Shown piece by piece: positions 9,230 through 16,916 of a stretch of 38,291 bases of DNA. The stretch lies in sequence record SRR31156797_4149; one strand, written 5' to 3'. Position 1 is the first letter of the stretch, and each line of letters starts with the position of its first letter. Under the pieces are notes generated by a model. That model was given only the letters and a program-made list of their open reading frames with translations. It was not told where the DNA came from and did no database searches. A program made the position numbers and the translations under genes.

Positions 9230-9254
9230 GCCCGGTTTATTCCGGGCTTTTTTT
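9230..9254 (+). terminator. Intrinsic terminator of the DUF4469 gene
   Basis: GCCCGG-tttatt-CCGGGC-TTTTTTT. Confidence 0.9.
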
Positions 9255-9283
9255 ATGCAATACATAGGAATTTCTCAAGAAGC

Positions 9284-9398
9284 TTGAGCACTACCACCCC
9301 ACTTCTTTGAGCAGTACTATACAAACAAGTAGAGCAATACTACCCAAATATCTTGGACAGTACTACCCAAGGAACTTGGGCAATACTACCCGAAGCAA
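9284..9398. repeat. Tandem array of five 18-bp near-palindromes with 5-nt variable spacers (23-bp period)
   Basis: Units start at 9284 TTGAGCACTACCACCCCA, 9307 TTGAGCAGTACTATACAA, 9330 TAGAGCAATACTACCCAA, 9353 TTGGACAGTACTACCCAA and 9376 TTGGGCAATACTACCCGA. Spacers are CTTCT, ACAAG, ATATC, GGAAC, AGCAA. Confidence 0.9.
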
Positions 9399-9516
9399 TG
9401 GAAATTTTCCAGCTCCAATTGGCACTTTAAATGGCTCATTGACTATACCATAGGATTGCCTTGAGGTAATCTATATTTCAAATGAAATATCAACTTCCTT
9501 GTTAAAATATTCTGAT

Positions 9517-9951
9517 CTACCGTCGATCTACATAAAAAGTAAGAATCGCATGTGATGATATCCCATTCTCATCGAGAACTTGCGTGTGGAATTTGTAATT
9601 GCCCGGTATGGCATTCCCATTTACAACTAATTTTAAGGATACAATAACTTCCTCCTTATTGCAAAGGATAGTTTCATTTGTAAAAATCTCTTGTAAGGAA
9701 GAGGAAAAATACTTGCTGCAATTTAGCTCTGAAAGTCCACCCTTCTCTAAATGCATTTGATAAGTACTTATTTTTTGATTGCCTGTAAGTAATATTTTAA
9801 GGTTTAGGCTATCGTTTGGGTGAACGATGTTAAAAGGCATTGGACTTAGAAACTGTATGGTATTTTCGCTTGTTTGCCTCTGTTTTTTGGCTTTCCCAGC
9901 TAGTACTACAGTTGTAAAAAGTACCATTCCTACTAGTAGAATATACTTCAT
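9517..9951 (-). CDS. Secreted Ig-like protein, DUF4625-like
   Basis: Signal peptide; beta-rich, with PGNYKFHTQVLDENG resembling the DUF4625 G.Y.F...V.D..G motif. Confidence 0.5.
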   Translation of the reverse strand: MKYILLVGMVLFTTVVLAGKAKKQRQTSENTIQFLSPMPFNIVHPNDSLNLKILLTGNQKISTYQMHLEKGGLSELNCSKYFSSSLQEIFTNETILCNKEEVIVSLKLVVNGNAIPGNYKFHTQVLDENGISSHAILTFYVDRR

Positions 9952-9996
9952 GTTGGGTTATTTGGGTTTTAAGTTAGGTTGAGTATTAAAGGTAGT

Positions 9997-10060
9997 AAAA
10001 AAAAAAGAGCAGAGCACGAGCAATCGGGGTTGATTTTACTCGTAAAGCTCCACCCTTTTC
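9997..10060 (-). terminator. Long hairpin + U10 tract (terminator-like) on the minus strand
   Basis: Minus strand AGGGTGGAGC-TTT-ACGAGTAA...TTGCTCGT-GCTCTGCTCT followed by a T run; the G:U pairs work only on the minus strand. Confidence 0.7.
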
Positions 10061-10397
10061 ATTGTATAATTAATACCAAAATGAGACATGCTATTATCTT
10101 ATTTTAGTGTCTTTGCTCCCAATTCCATACTGAATTGGAGTCATATCTTAAACCCAAAAGAGTTCACTCTATAATGGGAATTCCTATTTTCATTATCAAT
10201 AGTAGTGCTTATTCCTTTACAAATTCATACCAATTGAAAAAACAAAATCTTCTTTTGAAATGAACCTCTATTTTCCAGACAAACAACACTATCCTATTGA
10301 TTTACTTTAAGTTCAAATTAACTCAACAATTTCAAATAAGGCAATAAGTATCTATATCAGGTGTATCTTACCTAAAAACAGATGTATTTTTTAATGT

Positions 10398-10444
10398 AAA
10401 AAGAGAAGATCAAGGGCAACCAGGAACAATAAGATTGCCCTTGA
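10398..10444 (-). terminator. Probable terminator of the N-glycan PUL
   Basis: TCAAGGGCAA (10410-10419) / TTGCCCTTGA (10435-10444) inverted repeat, followed on the minus strand by TCTTCTCTTTTT, ~50 nt after the last PUL gene. Confidence 0.55.
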
Positions 10445-10491
10445 ATTTCAGAGTATACTCATATAACGAGACAATGAGTTATATGTGTAAT

Positions 10492-11457
10492 TTAAAGGTT
10501 AATATTCTGACACAAATGACCGAAGTTCAACTTCTCATCTTTTATGTAGGAGTACACAGCCCAGACCTTATTACCATCGTTTTTGATGATTTCAACAGTA
10601 ACAGACTCTTTTAAGGTAATGCCTGCAAAGTAAAGATCAATGTCTAATACTCCATCAGATTTAACCCCAACCGACTTGTCGCCAGTGAAAAACAACTTAT
10701 AGTAATAGCCATAACTACTATTCAATCCAATCATGGTTGTTCCATCAGCAAACGAGCTTTCTTCACTTAAATAATACTCGTGCATATCATTGGTGTTGAA
10801 AATATAACGACTCTCTTCATTCGCCATAATCTCTTCCAATTCTTTAGCATCGTAAGGAATTGTAGTAGTGCTGATTGTTACCGGAATATCCAATGTCAAT
10901 CCATAAGAATCCGTTAATGTAATTGTTGCTTCTCCTTTTTTAGTCGCCACAAGTACAATTTCACTATCATTTTCAATTGTTGCCGAAACGATTTCACTTT
11001 CAGTGCTCACTTCATAATCTCCATTCCCTTTTGTAATCGGAATTCTCATGGTTTTAGGATGTCCCAAAGGCATTTTAACCATAATTTCTGTCGACTCCAC
11101 TTCAAGCACATCGTAAAAAGCCACTACATTTAACTCCTTGTATTGACTGTTTTTATCTGAGATAATTATCGAAGTTCGTCCTCTTGACAATGCACTTAAG
11201 GTAAGAACATTGTCTGCAAGTTCAACCGATACAACATCCGGATCTGAAGAAAAAGCATGATATTCTCCTCCTCCTTGTGTAATTTTTACATTCCCGGTAT
11301 TGTCCACTTTCACATCTACCGTAGATTTCTCAAGAATCAATTCGCTTACTTCCTCTGTTGGCAGAATATCATTATCATCGTCGTCGTCGTCGCAGGCAGT
11401 AAAGCCCAAAGGCAAAACCATCACCAGCAAATACAACAGTTTATTTCGTAATTTCAT
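10492..11457 (-). CDS. Surface lipoprotein with two Ig-like repeats (BT3988-like position in the PUL)
   Basis: Lipobox GFTAC followed by an acidic tract; two repeats IT.G.G.Y...S....V...........L.A...G...I.I/L.D. Confidence 0.7.
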   Translation of the reverse strand: MKLRNKLLYLLVMVLPLGFTACDDDDDDNDILPTEEVSELILEKSTVDVKVDNTGNVKITQGGGEYHAFSSDPDVVSVELADNVLTLSALSRGRTSIIISDKNSQYKELNVVAFYDVLEVESTEIMVKMPLGHPKTMRIPITKGNGDYEVSTESEIVSATIENDSEIVLVATKKGEATITLTDSYGLTLDIPVTISTTTIPYDAKELEEIMANEESRYIFNTNDMHEYYLSEESSFADGTTMIGLNSSYGYYYKLFFTGDKSVGVKSDGVLDIDLYFAGITLKESVTVEIIKNDGNKVWAVYSYIKDEKLNFGHLCQNINL

Positions 11458-11569
11458 CTGTTTCAGTTTTTTTATTAAATTTTAAAGCCTCTCCCGATAT
11501 TGTTCCCGGGAGAATACTTAAACAATTTCAACCTGGTAAAAAAGGAGATATCAAATCCCTTTTGTAATT

Positions 11570-12973
11570 CTACCAGTCTTTCTTAAATGGCTTTTCATCG
11601 TACACCAATTCATCATCGAACAGCTTGTCGGCAATGCTTTCCATTGCTTGTTTCTGACGATCGAAATTGTCTCGGAACGGATCCATAGCAAAAATCATAT
11701 GCGAGCCATAACCATCGTTACGCATGTTTTCCAAATTTGAATCATCAGTCCAATAACCACGATTGAATTCCTGAGAATACAAAGCCATTCCTGATTTTGG
11801 CATTCCCGGATAATTCGAGCTCAAATCTGAACTTCCACCGTAATCATGAATACCATAATCAACAAAAGTACCCGATTGCTGACCATCAATATCTGGCAAA
11901 GATGATGTAGATCCATAAGCATAAGCACAAACCAATCGATCTGGCATAGCTTGTTTTGCCTCGAAACAAAGACGAGAAGCTGCTGCCGATGATGGAGATA
12001 CAAATCCTACAGGAGCCGGGTTTTGATATGCTGAATACTCATCATCAACAAAGATTCCATCTAAGTGATAAGAGTCGCAAACCACTTTCAATTCCTGAGC
12101 AAAAACTCTTGCCGTTTCATCAGCTAAGTTCGATACTCCTGCACGGTCGTGATTTCCTAAGATACCCAGTACGATTTTCATTCCTCTGTCCTGCAAAGGC
12201 TTCAAATATTTCTCTCTGTTATCTAGAATGTGCTGAACATTAGGATTGTTGTATACATATACTTTGCCCGTTTCGTTGTTGTAATTGATGTTGGCAGAGA
12301 AAAGAATAACAATATCGATTAATGGCTTCCCACTCTCTTTCAGTGTAAAGCACAAGTTGTTCAATGGATTGGTATCATTCACCTCCATACAACTGATAAT
12401 CTTTATTCCACTAGCCTTGTCAACCGTAGGAATCGTGCTTAAATCTTTCACAAAAATCAGATAAACCGATTCTTTTTCAGACAATTTAATGCCACCTGAT
12501 TTAACTTCAACACGAACTGGAATTACATACGTTTTCTGAGCACTTAAAGCATCGGATGTTGCAAATTGAACCAATGCTTTTCCAGACTTATTGCTTCCCT
12601 TCTTCAATTGAAAGTCACTATTGAAACTTACCAATTCCTTAGGAAACAATTCATATTCTGTACTGTTTTCATCGTTGTAAGCATGAAGTACTTCCTCATC
12701 GAATTTCAAATTGGCTACCACATCGCTCTCCGCATTTTTTGAAGATGCCAAATACATTTCTGCCTGCCCCTGATTGCGAAACTCTACCATTGCGGTTCCA
12801 CGATTTCCTGAATTGTTTACAAGGTAAGCAATGGCATCGGAGCTTGTTGTGTATTGATTTTCATCAACACTTGTAACGTCAATGCTATCATCGCAGGCAG
12901 TAAAAAAGCCCATCATTGCAATGGCAGCAGTAAGTATCACATTTCTTTTGAATGATATATTATATTTCATCAT
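11570..12973 (-). CDS. DUF1735 + GH18 endo-beta-N-acetylglucosaminidase lipoprotein (BT3987/EndoH/EndoF1-like)
   Basis: Lipobox FFTAC; DUF1735 (YVIPVRV); EVNDTNPLN, LFSANINY, KPLQDRGMKIVLGILGNHD and catalytic LDGIFVDDEY (DxE intact). The start is moved from 13006 to the MMKYN codons at 12973, which removes the overlap and gives a normal signal peptide. Confidence 0.9.
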   Translation of the reverse strand: MMKYNISFKRNVILTAAIAMMGFFTACDDSIDVTSVDENQYTTSSDAIAYLVNNSGNRGTAMVEFRNQGQAEMYLASSKNAESDVVANLKFDEEVLHAYNDENSTEYELFPKELVSFNSDFQLKKGSNKSGKALVQFATSDALSAQKTYVIPVRVEVKSGGIKLSEKESVYLIFVKDLSTIPTVDKASGIKIISCMEVNDTNPLNNLCFTLKESGKPLIDIVILFSANINYNNETGKVYVYNNPNVQHILDNREKYLKPLQDRGMKIVLGILGNHDRAGVSNLADETARVFAQELKVVCDSYHLDGIFVDDEYSAYQNPAPVGFVSPSSAAASRLCFEAKQAMPDRLVCAYAYGSTSSLPDIDGQQSGTFVDYGIHDYGGSSDLSSNYPGMPKSGMALYSQEFNRGYWTDDSNLENMRNDGYGSHMIFAMDPFRDNFDRQKQAMESIADKLFDDELVYDEKPFKKDW

Positions 12974-12998
12974 TTTTCTGTTATTAATTACACTTCCA

Positions 12999-14141
12999 TT
13001 ACTCACCCGGTGCAGGCAAAGTAACCGGAGTCCATCGTAAAGTAGAATTTGCTACTGCATTATTTCCATTTCCAGTATGATCTTGAACTGAAAGAGCTGA
13101 TTCATCATCAAATTTCCAGTAGGCAACCAAACCTTCCGAAGCTGGATCTACATAATATGGATTGGCTGCAATATCTTCCTTGCTGCGAACCACATTCCAA
13201 ATTCTACACTCCGAAATTTCACCTGCCAGGTATCTTTCATCAGCCCATGAACGACCAATGCAGAATCCGCTTGTTCCACCTTGTCCAAGATTCACATCAC
13301 CTAAAGATTTGGTAGTTTCGGACTGCTTGCTCCCGTTCACGTAAACAATCATTTCTCCCGTAGCTGAATCGTAAGTTAAAGCAATGTGAACCCATTCGTT
13401 GGTTGGTAGACCTTTGTTAGAATCTCCATCAGGGAAATTACCATTACTTGTTGCTACCTGAATTTGATTGCTTGGGAATCCGGCATCTCCTAAACGAATT
13501 AAGAATTGTCCTTCGATCCCCATAACGGTACTAATCATTCTATCAAAATTGCTAACACGAATCAAAGCTTCCATGGTTAGCTGAGAAAGATTGTTACAAA
13601 CATCAGGATTGGTCCAGTTCACAGTCAAATAGTTCTCTTCGATATCAGCTACCACATTAATTAAGGCAGCACCTTTAATCACATAATACAATGTTCTGGC
13701 ACTTTCCAACACTTCGATATCTTGGCTATCCATGCTTACAGGCAAAACATATACAATCTCCCGATCCAATTGACTCAAATCCTTAAACAGAACTTTTATC
13801 TCTTTCGAAAGAACATTACCAGCAGTAATACTTACCGTATTTTCAGGTAATGAATAGTTTTCAGCAGGTAGCATTTCTGCATTGTCGTAATAAGCTAAAT
13901 TATAAGTAGCTACCAATGCCGGATCAATGTTGTAATTCACAATAATATCCTGCATGCTTGGTTTTGCAATAGCAGCCTGAATGCTTTTTTCAACATCATT
14001 TACTCCTGCTTTCACCAATAATTCGCTGGTTTTAGAAGAACTACTTACATATACTTTATTGTCGAAATCATCATCCGAGCCATCGCAGCCAAATGAAAAA
14101 ATCATTAAAAATAAAGCTGCATATAATATATAGTGTTTCAT
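12999..14141 (-). CDS. DUF1735 + LamG/ConA-like surface glycan-binding lipoprotein (BT3986-like)
   Basis: Lipobox SFGC; DUF1735 (YVLPVS); LamG signatures WVHIALTYD, YVNG, GEISECRIWN, GLVAYWKFD, D.TGNGN. Confidence 0.88.
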   Translation of the reverse strand: MKHYILYAALFLMIFSFGCDGSDDDFDNKVYVSSSSKTSELLVKAGVNDVEKSIQAAIAKPSMQDIIVNYNIDPALVATYNLAYYDNAEMLPAENYSLPENTVSITAGNVLSKEIKVLFKDLSQLDREIVYVLPVSMDSQDIEVLESARTLYYVIKGAALINVVADIEENYLTVNWTNPDVCNNLSQLTMEALIRVSNFDRMISTVMGIEGQFLIRLGDAGFPSNQIQVATSNGNFPDGDSNKGLPTNEWVHIALTYDSATGEMIVYVNGSKQSETTKSLGDVNLGQGGTSGFCIGRSWADERYLAGEISECRIWNVVRSKEDIAANPYYVDPASEGLVAYWKFDDESALSVQDHTGNGNNAVANSTLRWTPVTLPAPGE

Positions 14142-14147
14142 TTCAAT

Positions 14148-15212
14148 TTAGTTTTTAAGTGATGGATTAATGTTATCTATCGCCATTCTGGTGTAATGAT
14201 AAACACGCTCCGGACTAAAGAAATCATTACTCACATTATTAATCCCCATACCTGCAACTGTGAAACCTTCATGCTCCGAAGCCACCCAAACAGAGGTACC
14301 TTCAACAGAATAAGTTTCGCCGTCAGCCCAATATCCGGTCTTCATATCCGCCGGATCAAGAGAAATGGTTTCTGCGGTAACAATAAATCTGTCGGTTGGT
14401 ACTCCATCAACTGCTGCAGAATAAATGTTATAGCTTAATTTTGAACCGTTACCAGCAGCATCACATGGTATAATAATGTATTTGCAATCAGGTAAGAAAG
14501 TCTTATCTAAAAGGTTTTGAGGTTTTCCCTGGAACAATACCATTTTATCCTCATTTCTAGAGCTCCAGTCTTTCAAAATACCTATAAAAGCATTGTGATA
14601 ACTCATGTACTCTTTTTTCTCAAGATCAGTCATATGAAGAATGCTTTTTCCCTCATAAGAGAAACATACCCCATCGTAATTGTACTTGTTCACCAAAGCA
14701 AAAGAGTTGTGCAAACTGTCTACCATATAATTGATAAAAGTTGGCAGTGGAGATGTAATCTCTTCGCCTTCTTCTTTCGCCTTGTCCTCTGCATCTTTTA
14801 AAAGCGTATAGCTTAATTTAATGGCATCGAAACCAATGGTAAATACAAATTGGGTTCCTTTGTCCTCTCTTGTTTCTTCCATTTCTTCCATTTCTCTTTC
14901 CACCAAATTGTTAGGGTAGAGTATGGAAACAATATCAGTACTATCAGGAATTACATTGATATGCTGTGCACGATTAAAAGGCTGCTTTTCCTTATTGTCG
15001 AAACTCACATAAATGCATTTATGATCCGAGTTCTTATAAGCTTTTAAGCTTTCCAAATAATCTGCATAAAGTGCAGGGTTTTCATCTTCGATACCTGGCT
15101 GGTTAATATCCAATGTTTCATTTTCTGTCCAGTCTTCGCAAGAGCTAAACAGAAATGAAGCAATCAGACCCATTCCATATAGTGCAAATTTATATTTTGA
15201 TATATTCTTCAT
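14148..15212 (-). CDS. DUF4849 GH18-like lipoprotein, degenerate catalytic motif (BT3985-like)
   Basis: Lipobox FSSC-EDWTENE; Y..YLE.LKAYK.SDH; IPDS.DIVS; the motif reads YDGVCFSYE instead of DGxDxDxE. Confidence 0.82.
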   Translation of the reverse strand: MKNISKYKFALYGMGLIASFLFSSCEDWTENETLDINQPGIEDENPALYADYLESLKAYKNSDHKCIYVSFDNKEKQPFNRAQHINVIPDSTDIVSILYPNNLVEREMEEMEETREDKGTQFVFTIGFDAIKLSYTLLKDAEDKAKEEGEEITSPLPTFINYMVDSLHNSFALVNKYNYDGVCFSYEGKSILHMTDLEKKEYMSYHNAFIGILKDWSSRNEDKMVLFQGKPQNLLDKTFLPDCKYIIIPCDAAGNGSKLSYNIYSAAVDGVPTDRFIVTAETISLDPADMKTGYWADGETYSVEGTSVWVASEHEGFTVAGMGINNVSNDFFSPERVYHYTRMAIDNINPSLKN

Positions 15213-15218
15213 GTTCTG

Positions 15219-16796
15219 CTAGTTTTTATTCTTACAATCCCACCATACTTTAGTAGCCATATTATCAGGTCCACCTAACTTGTCGATAGCACCTTGCAAA
15301 TTGGTCGCATTTTCCTTGTACTCTCTTAAAGGATAAGGTAAACGACGAGCCATTTCAGCACCATCAACAACACCATTACTCTGGTTGTATGGCACTTCCA
15401 TTAAACGAGGATATCCGGTACGACGAAATTCAGACCATGCTTCATGACCCAATGGGAAATTGGCAATCCATTTCTGTGTAATGATGCGCTCCAAACCAAG
15501 TTCGAAATCATCCGCATCGTTCCATTTAATAGTTATGGAAGCAGGAACGCCAGTGTTATCATTCGCTCCAAGAGGATCCTTATAGTTTTCAGGAATACTG
15601 GCAGTATTCTGAGCATAAGCATCAGCACCAGAAACACCCCATTGGTTAAAAGACAATTCGATACCCTGATTGTAGAAATCATTGGCAGAACCACCCATAT
15701 TCCAACCGCGTAATGCACCTTCAGCTTTTAAGAAAGCACTTTCCGCAGCATTCATCCAAAGCAACTTATTGTTTGATTCAGCAATGTTCATGTTGCTGTA
15801 CTTGTGAGCTGTTGCCGATGATGCAATGTTAATTCCTGATCGTAAACCATAGTATCCATTATCAAATGCAGGATTATCAGTATCCTCGAAAGCACTCATG
15901 GTAAAATACTTTTCTCTACGTGGATCTGCATATCCATTCATATAAGAAGTAATGTCGGCAGAAACACGTGAATCACCTCCATTGTACTCATACATTACCA
16001 CTCTAAATGGTGATTTAGCAACCGTATTGTATGCATTGTCATCGTTGGTAGACATGCATCCCACCTCATGATTTACTGCCTCTTCAGCTTTAGTTTGAGC
16101 TAAAGTTGGATTGGCATAAACAATTCTCATGGCCAATCGCAATTTTAAAGAGTTGGCAAACTTAATCCAATTCAACACTTTACCATCGAAAACCTTATCA
16201 GCATAAGGGCTAAAATCAGACGTTTGATTTGGTGTTAACACCTCAATCGCATGATCCAATTCTTCCAACATTTTACTGTATACATCTTCCTGCAAATCGT
16301 AAGGAGCTTCCAATTTTCCATCTACTCCAATTTGAGAGTAAGGAATGTGACCATAAATATCTGTAACGCGATGTATGGCTGCTACTTTAATAATTTCTGC
16401 TACCGCCAAAGGAATTGGATCGGTGGTAACAGCCTTTAGTTGTACTTGATTGGCATAGATTTTTGGAATAATATCATTAAATGGCACCTGAATCCAGTGT
16501 TGCTCAGGATTATAGGTAGCATAGTTCTTTCCAACAAATCCGGAATTTGAATCTGCTAAGTATCCTCCAAAAGAACCTCCAAGCAAGCATTCGGTAAACT
16601 GATTTAAATTTACATCCGCAGGTATTACATAACCCTGCATCGCCACCATTGCTGCCCTTAAACTATATGCATCATATTGCATTTGGTCATCATTGGCATC
16701 GTATGGATTAGTATTGTAATCCTCATAATTCGAAGTACAGGAAGTACCCAATAAAATCGAAGCAGAGAACAACAAATTTATAATTGATTTTTTCAT
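15219..16796 (-). CDS. susD: SusD family outer-membrane glycan-binding lipoprotein (BT3984-like)
   Basis: Lipobox GTSC; RVTDIYG.IPYSQ, W.KFANSLKLRLAMR, IITQKWIA.FP.G.EAWSEFRRTGYP, T.VWWD. Confidence 0.93.
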   Translation of the reverse strand: MKKSIINLLFSASILLGTSCTSNYEDYNTNPYDANDDQMQYDAYSLRAAMVAMQGYVIPADVNLNQFTECLLGGSFGGYLADSNSGFVGKNYATYNPEQHWIQVPFNDIIPKIYANQVQLKAVTTDPIPLAVAEIIKVAAIHRVTDIYGHIPYSQIGVDGKLEAPYDLQEDVYSKMLEELDHAIEVLTPNQTSDFSPYADKVFDGKVLNWIKFANSLKLRLAMRIVYANPTLAQTKAEEAVNHEVGCMSTNDDNAYNTVAKSPFRVVMYEYNGGDSRVSADITSYMNGYADPRREKYFTMSAFEDTDNPAFDNGYYGLRSGINIASSATAHKYSNMNIAESNNKLLWMNAAESAFLKAEGALRGWNMGGSANDFYNQGIELSFNQWGVSGADAYAQNTASIPENYKDPLGANDNTGVPASITIKWNDADDFELGLERIITQKWIANFPLGHEAWSEFRRTGYPRLMEVPYNQSNGVVDGAEMARRLPYPLREYKENATNLQGAIDKLGGPDNMATKVWWDCKNKN

Positions 16797-16916
16797 CCGT
16801 TTATAATTTATTTTTATTTATCAGATGGAACTCTCGATGAATTTTTAACATACTTCTGTGAGTAAGTTAGTATGTTAAAATTCATGTTCGTTTCATAATT
16901 ATCATGATTAAATTGC

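Noticed and set aside
9284-9398. Palindromic repeat array read as a CRISPR array
   Set aside because: The spacers are only 5 nt, the repeats are 18 nt and degenerate, and no cas genes are in the window.
11378-11392. (TCG)5 microsatellite as a phase-variation tract
   Set aside because: It is an in-frame triplet encoding the acidic stretch after the lipoprotein Cys, a normal Bacteroidota surface-export feature.
11390-12904. Identical 14-mer TCGCAGGCAGTAAA at the lipoboxes of two adjacent PUL genes, as a possible recombination site
   Set aside because: Explained by the shared FTACD peptide; it is a direct repeat with no recombinase nearby.
12974-13006. ORF-track start of the GH18 gene overlapping the LamG gene
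   Set aside because: The downstream ATGs at 12973/12970 give a normal lipoprotein signal peptide with no overlap.
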